DNA of 64,000 nt from Myxococcota bacterium (lineage in GTDB: Bacteria > Myxococcota_A > SURF-8). The stretch covers positions 448,001 to 512,000 of the forward strand of contig CAXXQS010000002.1 of assembly GCA_963674735.2 (NCBI GenBank), read 5' to 3'. The notes under the pieces are model-generated. The model was not told the origin of the DNA. It did not search any database and worked only from the letters and a program-made list of their open reading frames with translations. Shown here piece after piece: positions 28,096 to 38,200 of the stretch. The stretch's first letter is position 1. Every line of letters begins with the position of its first letter. A program made the position numbers and the translations under genes.

Positions 28096-29208
28096 ATGCG
28101 TAGATCCCGCTTGGTTTTATGGATGATCTTGTGTCTGATGCTCGTCGCACTGGCGGGCTGTGGCGGTGACGAGTCCGTTCCCGACGGCGACACCCCCGAT
28201 GGTGACACCCCCGACGGCGACGACCCCGACGGCGACGACCCCGACGGCGACACCCCCGACGGCGACACCCCCGACGGTGACACTCCCGATGGCGACGAGC
28301 CGGTCGGCGAGGCCTTCCAATTCGTGGTCATCACCGATACCCATGTCCGCCTGCCCGGCAATCCCGACGATGAGCACTACGACAATCAGCAGAACCTCGA
28401 CAACCTCGAAGACGCCGTGGCGATCATCAACACCGATTTCGCCGATGCCGACTTCGTGGCCATCACCGGCGATCTGGCGGGCTGCTTGTACTCCGACGAT
28501 CCCGCCGATTACGGAATAGACGAGCCCAACCCCGCCGAAACCTTTAAAAGCCTGGCCGATCAACTGGACGCGCCTTATTACGCCGTGCTCGGCAACCACG
28601 ACTACCAGCTCGATTACGATACCGACCTCGACGAAGGCGTCACGTCCCCGGATGGCCCGGCCATGGAAGCGGTATGGAAGAAAGTGCTCGGTATCGATCC
28701 TTACTACGCGCTCCTGCACGAAGGCATCAAAATGATCTTCCTCAATGCCAATCGCGGCGACGCCTATCTGGATGTTTGCTCCGGCTGCCAGGCCGAAGCC
28801 GCCTGCACCGGGTCGTTCGACAGCGAGCAGCTCACCTGGTTGGAAACCGAGTTGGATAGCGGCGAACCGGCGATCCTGTTTCTGCATCATCCCCTCTTCA
28901 CCGATTCGGACGAGGCGTTGTTCTGCTTCTTCGATACCTTCCTGGTCGAAGCGGACGATCCCTTCTACGACATTGCCGAGACTTACAAAGAGCAGCTTCT
29001 GGCCGTCTTCACCGGACACGGCCATCTCTTCGAGCGCGATACGCTGTTTGGAACCGTTCCGGTATATGAAACCAGCTCCCTCGGCGATACCAACGGCCAC
29101 CCGGAAAACATCCATGTGGTGGACGTCAACCCGGTCGGTCCCGAATTGACCGTCAGCATCGTGCGCGACGGAGTGGAATACTGGAGCGAGATGATGAGCG
29201 GCGAATAA
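28096..29208 (+). CDS. Metallophosphoesterase lipoprotein with PDGDx repeat linker
   Basis: Lipobox LAGC; DTH, GD, GNHD, HH, GHGH calcineurin-like motifs. Confidence 0.88.
   Translation: MRRSRLVLWMILCLMLVALAGCGGDESVPDGDTPDGDTPDGDDPDGDDPDGDTPDGDTPDGDTPDGDEPVGEAFQFVVITDTHVRLPGNPDDEHYDNQQNLDNLEDAVAIINTDFADADFVAITGDLAGCLYSDDPADYGIDEPNPAETFKSLADQLDAPYYAVLGNHDYQLDYDTDLDEGVTSPDGPAMEAVWKKVLGIDPYYALLHEGIKMIFLNANRGDAYLDVCSGCQAEAACTGSFDSEQLTWLETELDSGEPAILFLHHPLFTDSDEALFCFFDTFLVEADDPFYDIAETYKEQLLAVFTGHGHLFERDTLFGTVPVYETSSLGDTNGHPENIHVVDVNPVGPELTVSIVRDGVEYWSEMMSGE
28180..28299 (+). repeat. 8 x 15-bp coding tandem repeat (PDGDT/PDGDD/PDGDE)
   Basis: CCCGACGGCGACACC-type units in frame. Confidence 0.95.
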
Positions 29209-29230
29209 GCATCGCTCTTAGGTGATATCG

Positions 29231-29257
29231 ACGGCGGGTTTCGACCCGCCGTTTTTT
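29231..29257 (+). terminator. Rho-independent terminator
   Basis: ACGGCGGGT-TTCG-ACCCGCCGT followed by a T run, between convergent genes. Confidence 0.85.
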
Positions 29258-29276
29258 GTGGAGAGAACCCGCGAGA

Positions 29277-30359
29277 TCAGGGTTTCGTCAACTGCTTGAC
29301 CCAGATATTCATGTCCTCGAACTTGCCGAAGATATCGCAGTTGTTCACCAGACGACCGGAAAATTGGTAGCCCAGTTTGAAGAAACTGCGATTCATGCCC
29401 GTGCTGACGGCGCGCGCCAGAGTATAGGCGGTGATGATGCCTTCCTGTCGCAGATCGTCCTCCAACTCCGTGAGCAGATGCTGCATCAATCCTTTGCCCT
29501 GAGCCTCGGGGACGGTGGCGCAGTCGGTCATTTCCGCATTGAGATGCTTGCGGTTGATGTCGGCGCTGGCGGCGGCCAGGGCGCGATCATCGGCCAACGC
29601 CACGCGGTAGATCACGTTGCGCTCCATGGTCGACTGGATGTAATCGGGGTTCGTGAGCGGCGACGGATAGGTTTCGAATACGCTGCGGTATATCGCACAT
29701 AGCTGCGGGATATGTTCCTCCTGCGCCCGCACGATATGGACGTCGGGATCGAGGGTATGCATCGTACCGCGGTCGGATTCGTAAATCATTTCTTCAACCA
29801 GTCGCGCCTCTTCCAGAATCTCGTTGCTTTCCAGGCGTTCCTTGGACGAAAAACGCGAGAGCACGAAGGCGTCGCGGCCACGGAAATAGTAGCGCAGTAT
29901 GCCTTCCATCATGTAGCCGTGGGAAAGAAATCTCTGGAAATCGCTTTCATCGGCTTTGACGAAAATTTTGTCGAAGTCGTTCGATTCGGCCAGATACGCC
30001 ATACGGCGGATCATGGCGGTGTAATCTTCCGCTTCATAATCCAGTATTTTCAGGCGTTTGTTATAGTAATCGAAGAATACGTTCACTTTGTAGCCGTCGT
30101 CTTCGATTTCGAAATCCAGTCCATAAATCGTGCCTACCACGGTTGTCCTCACTCCCTTATCGAGGGTCAACTGCACCAGTCCCATTTTCTTGTCGGTCGG
30201 GTTGAGCCCGCTCCACTCGTCGGTGGGCGCATCCGCCTCATCGGCCACGTCGAGCGCAATCCCCGGCTCGTTCGGCTCTACCACGACAGCGGCGAGCTGA
30301 GCGCCCTTTGGGTCGGGTGTGGTATTTTTATTTTCGGATTGTTTTTTCGGAGCGCTCAT
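29277..30359 (-). CDS. ablB: Beta-lysine N-acetyltransferase (AblB/YodP family)
   Basis: DYYNKRLKI, FDKIFVKA, VFETYPSPL, NAEMTDCAT, AYTLARA.S.GMN..F..LGY...GRLVNNC.I.G.FEDMNIWVK. Confidence 0.85.
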   Translation of the reverse strand: MSAPKKQSENKNTTPDPKGAQLAAVVVEPNEPGIALDVADEADAPTDEWSGLNPTDKKMGLVQLTLDKGVRTTVVGTIYGLDFEIEDDGYKVNVFFDYYNKRLKILDYEAEDYTAMIRRMAYLAESNDFDKIFVKADESDFQRFLSHGYMMEGILRYYFRGRDAFVLSRFSSKERLESNEILEEARLVEEMIYESDRGTMHTLDPDVHIVRAQEEHIPQLCAIYRSVFETYPSPLTNPDYIQSTMERNVIYRVALADDRALAAASADINRKHLNAEMTDCATVPEAQGKGLMQHLLTELEDDLRQEGIITAYTLARAVSTGMNRSFFKLGYQFSGRLVNNCDIFGKFEDMNIWVKQLTKP

Positions 30360-31774
30360 CGCGCACCTCCTTCGGAATAAAGATGGGTCCGTTTGGACGG
30401 ACGGAGAATCGTCAAAACAAGCAACGTAACGGCCGATAGCGGCAGCGCCAGCAGAATCGGATCGTCGAACGGGGACAGATGCGGAAACGCGGTGAGCAGG
30501 AGAATGGCGAATCCGCCCGCCAGCATGCCGCCCACGGCGGCCACCGATGATACGCGTTTCCAAAGCAGCCCCGCCAGCGTCGGCACGAACAGACCCGAAA
30601 CCATGAAGCTGTAGGCCAGCAGGATGCTGTCGAGTACCTTGGGAACCGCCAGGGCGATCAACACCGACAGACAGCCGACTCCCAGAGTGGTCAGGCGGCT
30701 GACGTTGAGCAGGCGGCGGTCTGTGGCATCGGGTTGCAGATACTTATGGTAGAAATCGGTCACCAGGTTGCCCACCGAGGCCAGCAGGCAGCTGTCGGCC
30801 GTGCTCATGATGGCCGAGAAATAGGCGGCGCTGACCAGTCCGATCAGGCCCACCGGCAGCACGTTGCGAATCAAAAGCGGCAGGCCCATCTCCGATTCGG
30901 CCTCGGGAAACATCACCCGCGCGATCATGCCGAGCACCACACCCAAAAAGGCCATCAGCGGCCATTCGAGCAGACCGGCCAGAAACCAGGCGCGCTGGGC
31001 GGTTTTGACGTCGCGGGTGGCGTAAATGCGCTGGTAGAGCGTCATGCCGACAAACCAGATGGGCACGATCGTGAACATCCAGGAGAAGAAGGTACCCAGG
31101 CTGATATTCGTCAGGCTGAAGTGGCTGGCGGGCAGAGCCGCCCTGAGGGCGTCGAGTCCGCCCACTTCCACATAAGCAAAGGGCAGAGCGAAAAACAGCA
31201 AGCCGCCAAGCAGCACCGCCCACTGAATGGAGTCGGTGGCGACGACCGCCTGCAAACCGCCGAAAGACGTGTACAAAATGGCGACACCCGCCATCAGCAA
31301 AACGGCGGCGATCAGGCTGATATCGAAAACGGCGCTGCCCAGTTTGGCTCCGGCCAACACCTGCGAACCCACGAAGCCGGCGTAGCCGATGCCCGATACC
31401 AGGGCCGCGATCAAACGCGCGGTGGAATTGAAACGGCGTTCCAGAAACTCGGGATAGGTGAGCAGGCCGAAACGGTCGCCGATGGTTTTGACGCGCGGAA
31501 TCATGATGACCGCCGCCAGCCAGGCGCCGATAAGGCCCGAGAACAACAGCCACGATCCCGAGAGTCCCATGGCGAAACCCAGGCCGCCCAAACCGATGGA
31601 AAACCCGCCACCCACGTCGGTGGCGACCACCGAGAAGCCGATGTGACCCGCCCCCATATCGCGATTTCCTACAAAGTAGGCTTCCACCCCCGATTGGCGT
31701 TTCAGATAATAAACGCCGATGCCGAGCAGAACGACGAGATAACCGAGCAGAATAGTGAGATCGATCCAATGCAT
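30356..31774 (-). CDS. Sodium:solute symporter family transporter
   Basis: YFVGNR, YTSFGGLQAVVATDSIQ, YQRIYA, SAIMSTADS; about 13 TM helices. Confidence 0.9.
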   Translation of the reverse strand: MHWIDLTILLGYLVVLLGIGVYYLKRQSGVEAYFVGNRDMGAGHIGFSVVATDVGGGFSIGLGGLGFAMGLSGSWLLFSGLIGAWLAAVIMIPRVKTIGDRFGLLTYPEFLERRFNSTARLIAALVSGIGYAGFVGSQVLAGAKLGSAVFDISLIAAVLLMAGVAILYTSFGGLQAVVATDSIQWAVLLGGLLFFALPFAYVEVGGLDALRAALPASHFSLTNISLGTFFSWMFTIVPIWFVGMTLYQRIYATRDVKTAQRAWFLAGLLEWPLMAFLGVVLGMIARVMFPEAESEMGLPLLIRNVLPVGLIGLVSAAYFSAIMSTADSCLLASVGNLVTDFYHKYLQPDATDRRLLNVSRLTTLGVGCLSVLIALAVPKVLDSILLAYSFMVSGLFVPTLAGLLWKRVSSVAAVGGMLAGGFAILLLTAFPHLSPFDDPILLALPLSAVTLLVLTILRPSKRTHLYSEGGAR

Positions 31775-31776
31775 GT

Positions 31777-32226
31777 TCAGGCCTTTTTCAATATCTGGAG
31801 AACGGGCTTCAATTCATCGGCCGGTTCAAGAACCGGCGTCTCGCCTGTCGGTTCGGCCAGAAGCGGCTCGTCGGTTTCACAGGCGGTCTCGCTTTCGAAG
31901 GCCGACCGGTCGGGCTGGCTGAGGTGTTCGAGTTGCTTCTCCACCGACAAGATCAAACGCTCGCGCTGGCGCAGCGGAAGCGAGTCGAGCAGGTGCAGGA
32001 TAAACTTGACACCCGCCAGGTTGATCTTCTCGACCGAGACCAGATAGTGAACGAACGTCAGCACTTCCACATCTTTTTGTGAATATAAACGGCGGTTTCC
32101 GTCGGAGCGCGCCGGACGGATAATGCCCCTCGATTCATAGATGCGAAGCTGTTTCTGAGAAATTCCGATGATATCGGCAACAACACCGATGGGAAACATC
32201 CGGCGCTTTGGATCCGAAATACGCAT
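31777..32226 (-). CDS. MerR-family (HspR-like) transcriptional regulator
   Basis: FPIGVVADIIG...LRIYE.RGII.P.RS.GNRRLYS..D, INLAGVK. Confidence 0.88.
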   Translation of the reverse strand: MRISDPKRRMFPIGVVADIIGISQKQLRIYESRGIIRPARSDGNRRLYSQKDVEVLTFVHYLVSVEKINLAGVKFILHLLDSLPLRQRERLILSVEKQLEHLSQPDRSAFESETACETDEPLLAEPTGETPVLEPADELKPVLQILKKA

Positions 32227-32360
32227 GGAACCGTCCTCGTCTATATCTATCCCACACCTGGGTAGGTAACTTGCATTCCAATCGGGTATATGATATACCT
32301 GAATTGCAAGTAGAAGTCAAGTTCGTGTATGCGGGCTGAAACTCCAAACCGACCGATGGA

Positions 32361-32990
32361 ATGATGTCTTGTAAGATAGTGATCAGCTTGTTGTTATTGC
32401 TTGGTTTTATCCATATTTTCCCCTCGGCTGCCTACCCCTTGGATCTGGCTGAAAGCGACGACGACACAACCGCCGCTCACCCGGCCGAAGCCTGTCAGGC
32501 TCTGTTCATTCCCAGCGGCGAAAACCGCCGCGAAGCGCAAGCCCATCAGAAGAAACTGCTCCGCATCAAGGATACCCGCAAAATCGTCACCCTCATCCAT
32601 CGCTCCAATGCCTGGACGAAACCGCCGGTACATGCCCACACGGAGTCGCTGTCCGTGGTGGATATCGCGACCAACGCCGACGGACGACATGTGGCCTTGA
32701 TCGAAGTGCCGGAAGATCTGGCCGAAAAAGTCGACTGCGAGCCGGGACTGTATCGCATCGACCGCAACGACGAGCTGCTTCCCGGCACGGATGTGCTGGC
32801 GATTAGCGAAGATTTCATCCTGATCGACCATAACGGACAACTCGCCTACCTTACCCCGGGCGGGCCACGGCACGTCACGTTTCGCATGGTATGGCAATCG
32901 CCTTGGAGCGTGAAACGGGAAACCGCGACAAGCCAGTCCTCCAGCCGGAAAAAGAAGCGCCGAGGACGCCGCCGGGGACGCCGTCGCTGA
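32361..32990 (+). CDS. Secreted hypothetical protein with Arg/Lys-rich C-terminal tail
   Basis: Signal peptide; C-terminus SSSRKKKRRGRRRGRRR. Confidence 0.65.
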   Translation: MMSCKIVISLLLLLGFIHIFPSAAYPLDLAESDDDTTAAHPAEACQALFIPSGENRREAQAHQKKLLRIKDTRKIVTLIHRSNAWTKPPVHAHTESLSVVDIATNADGRHVALIEVPEDLAEKVDCEPGLYRIDRNDELLPGTDVLAISEDFILIDHNGQLAYLTPGGPRHVTFRMVWQSPWSVKRETATSQSSSRKKKRRGRRRGRRR

Positions 32991-33218
32991 CTTCGGAATA
33001 TGTCGTCCCGCTTTTCCCATTCTCCCTTTCCTAATCGGCCGCGTTTTCTGTATTGACCTGAGCCACTCTCGTTTGACATCCGTGTTATTTATTGCCACAC
33101 TACCAAGCGGGCCGGGCGTTTTGGCCATCAGTCGAAACCGAGATCAGGAACATGGGGTGCGGGGGTGCGCCACAGGTCGCACGTCGGAACCTTTGGGCCG
33201 CAAACACCGAATGACGGG

Positions 33219-35210
33219 ATGGCACAGGTGGCGACAAGCCGCAGGACAATCAGGCGACGGAAAACCGGAGGATCGCGGCGCATTCTTCCGGCTTGGTGTG
33301 CCCTGCTCGCCGGGCTGTTGCTGCTGCTCAACACCGGTTGCGCCTCGAAAAAAGCGACACCCGACGATGCGTTGCGGCGGCCGCTCATCAAGGAAATCGA
33401 ATTCGAGGGAATGAGCGTCTTCGAAAAAGACGAAATCCTCGCCTATGTCTACATGGACGAAACGTCCTGGCTCCACGGCATCGGCCTGGCCGATCCGCAC
33501 ACCTACTCCAAATCGTTTGCAGTCGAGGACGCGGGCCGCATCGAAAGCCTGTACGCGGCTCATGGCTATTACGATGCGCGTGTAACCGACATCCGCAGCG
33601 AGCCGCTAAACGAGGCGGGGGATAAGGTGCGCGTGATCGTGCAGATCAAGGAAGGCCCGCCTACCCGTTTGCGCACCATCAGCTTCGACTGGAGCGAGCC
33701 CCATCCCGACCGCGTCGCCATCGAAAAGCAGGCCGTCGTCAAGCCGGATGCGGTGTTCAGCATTCCCGATCTCGATGCCGGCACCGACGCGCTGCGTCTG
33801 GAATTGGAGCGGCGCGGACACGCTTTCGCCCAGGTGACGAGCTCGGCCGAAGTGAATCGCGAGGCGCGCTGGAGCGATGTCCGTTTCGCGATTGCGCCGG
33901 GACCGCTGTGCACGATCGGGTCGATCCGATACGAGGGACTCGCGACCGTCCCCGGCCGTCTGCTCGATCCCAATATCGATTTCGCTCCCGGCCAGCGCTA
34001 TTCACCCGAACTACTAGCGCGTATCGAACGCGCGATATACGCCATGGAGGTATTCGATACGGTGGCGGTGCTGCCGGACGAAAATCTGAATGAAAAAGGC
34101 AAACTCGACCTTGTCATACGGGTGAGGGAAGGTCAGCCCCAGCGATTCAAGGTGGGGGTCGGTTTGGGAGTCGAACCCAATCGCTGGGACGGTCACGTCA
34201 GCCTGCAATACACCCATATGAACGTGGCACAGGAACTCATCCGCTTCGACCTGCTCACGCGGGTCGGTTATGCACTGCTCCCCTACCCCTGGGACGTGCA
34301 GGAACACGGACCGATTCTGGAGGTGAATCCCTGGTTTAAAAAGAAGGGGTGGCTCGAACCCAAGCTGGTGTGGTCGTTGCAGCCGAGTTTCAAGCTCGAT
34401 ATCGAACAGGGTTACCAATATTACACGCCCGGCTTCCGGCTGGGCGTCTCGCGTTTTCTGTTCGGCTTCACCTTGGCGGAAGCGGCCTACAACGCCCAGT
34501 TCTTCGATTTCTTCAATCAGTCCGCCGTCTTCGACGCCAATAAATCGGTTTTGGGGCGCGATTACAAAGATCCGTACTTCCTGAGCTTTCTCGAATTTCG
34601 TTACTCCGTGTATTTCACCGATGCCTTCACCGATCCGAAAAACGGCGTGGTGCTCAGCGCCCGCTACGACATCTCGGGCTCGTGGCTGGGCAGCTACTAC
34701 GACTATATGAAGCTGATTCCCGAAATTCGCGCGTATTGGCAAACGTTCTCACACCTGCAAATCGCCGCCCGCCTGCAGACCGGCTGGCTGTTTAAATACG
34801 GCCAAAAACCCGGCACGCCCATCATGCACAAGTACTACCTGGGTGGATCGGACACGGTACGCGGCTGGGGACTCAAGCGCCTGTCACCGCGTATCGAGGA
34901 TTGCGACGCCGACGGCCATTGCCGCAGTATTCCGGTGGGGGGCGAAACCATGGCGTTGGGCAATTTCGAACTACGTTTCAAGGTGATTGAAAGCCTTTAC
35001 ATCGTCCCCTTCGTGGATGCGGGTGACGTACAGGACGGCGAGATGACCTACAAACCGACGCAGTGGAGCTACAGCACCGGTGGCGGCATGCGTTACGCCA
35101 GTCCCATCGGCAAGTTTCGTGTCGATTTCGGTTGGCGCTTGAATCAACCGGCCCGCTTTGCCGGAGAGCAGCGTTGGGCCATTCATCTGAGTTTCGGAGA
35201 AACCTTCTGA
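33219..35210 (+). CDS. tamA: Omp85-family outer membrane protein (TamA/BamA-like)
   Basis: POTRA repeats, YYLGGSDTVRGW, GNFELRF, YASPIGKFRVDFG, C-terminal SFGETF; start uncertain (33165-33219); followed by a tamB-like gene. Confidence 0.8.
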   Translation: MAQVATSRRTIRRRKTGGSRRILPAWCALLAGLLLLLNTGCASKKATPDDALRRPLIKEIEFEGMSVFEKDEILAYVYMDETSWLHGIGLADPHTYSKSFAVEDAGRIESLYAAHGYYDARVTDIRSEPLNEAGDKVRVIVQIKEGPPTRLRTISFDWSEPHPDRVAIEKQAVVKPDAVFSIPDLDAGTDALRLELERRGHAFAQVTSSAEVNREARWSDVRFAIAPGPLCTIGSIRYEGLATVPGRLLDPNIDFAPGQRYSPELLARIERAIYAMEVFDTVAVLPDENLNEKGKLDLVIRVREGQPQRFKVGVGLGVEPNRWDGHVSLQYTHMNVAQELIRFDLLTRVGYALLPYPWDVQEHGPILEVNPWFKKKGWLEPKLVWSLQPSFKLDIEQGYQYYTPGFRLGVSRFLFGFTLAEAAYNAQFFDFFNQSAVFDANKSVLGRDYKDPYFLSFLEFRYSVYFTDAFTDPKNGVVLSARYDISGSWLGSYYDYMKLIPEIRAYWQTFSHLQIAARLQTGWLFKYGQKPGTPIMHKYYLGGSDTVRGWGLKRLSPRIEDCDADGHCRSIPVGGETMALGNFELRFKVIESLYIVPFVDAGDVQDGEMTYKPTQWSYSTGGGMRYASPIGKFRVDFGWRLNQPARFAGEQRWAIHLSFGETF

Positions 35211-38200
35211 TGACGGTCGATCCGCACAAACAAGCGGACACGCCGCCCGAGCCGCGTGACGAACCCGCGCCGCCTTCACCCCGGCATCGCTATTGGGGAC
35301 GCCTGCGCAGCGCCTTCCGCTGGCTGCGCATTTCCGTGTGGCTGCTTGTCTTCGTGCTGCTGACGTCTTGTGTGCTGTTGCTCATGACCGACAGCGGCCT
35401 GCGCCTGATCCTGCGTAAGGGCCTGCCGATCTACAACGACCTGATTCCCGGTGAAATCCATGTGGGAGCGGTGGACGGCAGCCTGTTCTTCGGTTTCGAT
35501 CTGCAAAACGTCACCGTGGCCGACCGACGGGGTCGCCTGCTGGTAGGGGTCCGGCGTCTGCGGCTGAACATCTCGCCGCTTCTGATCATCGATGGTCTGG
35601 TGGACATCCGCCTGTTGTCGCTGGTGGCCCCCGAACTGCATCTGCGCCAAGGCCCGCGAGGCAGCGCGTTTCTCGATCTGGCGCCCGAAAGCGACGGAAC
35701 ACCGCCCGAGCCCTCCCCGCCCGAACCACCCCCCGAACCCGACGCACCCCTGTTTACATTGCCCGTGGCGATACGCATCGAGGAACTGATGGTGGATGGT
35801 TTTCACCTGGTGCTTCATGCGGATGACGACGAGGAAAGCGAAGAAGAGACGGTCTTGGTGGAGCATGCCGGGCTGCGTCTGACCGCGCGCGGACGCGGGG
35901 CTGTCGTCGAAACGATCGTTCGCGATCTCTCCGCTGAAATCCCGGTTACCGGAATCAGTCTGCATCAGCTTGAACTGGAGGCGGCCTGGGAAGGGCGCGC
36001 CGCCTACCTGCGGCAGTTGGACGCGGAAACCTCGCTGGGAAACCTGCACCTGGTCGATACGCGTTTCGATCCCACAATCCTTGGGGGACGCGTCAACCTC
36101 ACCGCCCACAGCGCCGCCGCCGATCTGCATGAACTGACGGGCCGCCGCTTTGCCGGAGAAGCCACGCTTGAACTGCACGCCAAGGGCGACCCCGGCGATC
36201 TGGCGCTGACCTTGAAGGCGGCAGTGGGCGAAGCCCGACTCGATATGCAGGCGAAGGGCGCCTGGGAACCGCAACCCTGGGCCGAGTTGGATTACCGGTT
36301 GGCGGGTATCGATCCCAAGCGTTTCGGGCTTCCCAAGGCCGGACTCCTTGGCGGAGAAGGACACGCAAAACTTAAAGGCGTAACGCTGGAGACGCTCGCG
36401 GCTTCGCTGGCCTTTACCTGTCGTCGCTGTCGCCTCGACCCGGTCGGGGCGCTGGCGCTCTCCGTGAACGCCCGCCTGAAGGCGCGCAACGCGGATGCGG
36501 ATGTAAAACTGCAAACCGCCGGTGTGAACGTGACGGCCACGGGCGCGTTGCGCGAGTTCGAGGAGTTGACGGCGGAGCTGGGGATCGCCATTCCCGATCT
36601 CGGTCCCCTCGCGTCGGTCTTTCTGCCCCAACCCGTCGGCGGACGTCTGCAGGCCGCCGCAACCTGCGCGGGCCGCTGGCCCATGCCGTCCTGCACGCTC
36701 GACGCGCAACTCGGCAACGTAACGATCGAGGATGTTTCGCTGGCCGAGGCGGTTTTAACGGCGCGTTCCCGCCCACGGGCGAAGAGCCTGGAGTTCAACA
36801 GCCGCCTGGATCTGCGCAAGCTCAACGCCGGAGCGATCACCCTTGCCACCGCACGTGTCGACGCGACCGGCACGCCCACCGATATCGGCTTGCAAATCGA
36901 GGCGACGGCGGATGAGCGCAACCAGGGGAGTCTGGCTCTGCGCGTTCGTCCCGGCGCATCCTTGCGCATCGATCTGCGTGAAGGCCGGGGGCTGGTGGGT
37001 GGACACAACCTGCACCTCACCCGACCCGCCGCCGTCGAGATCGTCAAACGGCGCGTGCGGCTGCACGATTTCGAACTGGCCATCAACACGGGACGCCTGA
37101 CGGTCGAGGGGCTGTTCAACCCGGCGGGGACAAACGACCTGAAGCTGTCTGTGACCGGCTTCGAGCTGGCATGGCTCGCAGAATGGCTACCCGATCCCAA
37201 GCTGGCCGGGCGGCTCGACCTCGAAGCCGCGCTCACCGGAAGCGGGCAGGCCCCGAAACTGAGCGCCACCCTTAGCGGAACGGATTGGCGCGTGAACGAA
37301 CACCCGCTGGGCGACCCGATCTTGCAAGCCGGGTTGGACGGAAGGTACGCCGAGGCCGATCTGGCGGTGCACGATACCGTCGGTCCTTGGTTCGAAATGA
37401 ACGCCCGCGTTCCTTTTCAGCTCAATCTGCAAAGCGGAAAGGCCCGTTGGCGAAAACGGCAACCCCACGACCTGACCGCCACTCTCAGCCGCTTCAAATC
37501 GGAACGCTTGGCGGGGCTGGTGGAGCTGCCGCCAGAATTGTCCTTCGCCATCGACGGCGAGGCGCAGGCAAGCGGTCCGGCGGACGCACCCACGGCCACC
37601 GTCGTGCTGACGGGCGATCTGAACTACGACACCTTACCGCCCCAGCCGCTGGAAATCCGTATGGCGGCCGAAGCCAAGCGGCAACAACTGGATGTCGTTT
37701 TGGATGCCGCCGGACCGTTCCCGCTTCGTTTGCAGGCGGAAACGAGGCTCGATCTCGCGCGGCTGACGCAGGGAATCGGCGACCCCGGCCAAGCACCGCT
37801 CGCGCTGGACCTTCAGGCGGACGGCTTCGAGTTGGCCACCCTCAATCCGCTTTTGCCTGCCGCCTTGCAGGAGCTGAAGGGGCGTCTGTTCGCCGACTTC
37901 AATGTGACGGGCACCCTCGCCGCGCCCAAACCGGCCGGTCGCCTGCGCCTCGAAGGGGGGCGGGTCTACCTGTTGAACGTGGCCGATCCCCTGCGCGACA
38001 TCGAATTGTCGTTGGCGCTGGAGGGACGGCGTGTGACGCTCGAACACTTGAATGTAACCAGCGGCCGGGGCACGCTCACCTCACAAGGTACGCTGACGCT
38101 CGGAGCGGCGGGCGAGCTGGACGGCCGCTACGATGCGGAATTGAAAGACTTCCAGCTGCAAGCGCCCGGCCTGCCGCAAACCTTCATCGATACGCGTGTG

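Noticed and set aside
28180-28299. Possible CRISPR-like array
   Set aside because: Spacerless 15-bp in-frame coding repeats; no cas genes and no repeat-spacer array anywhere in the window
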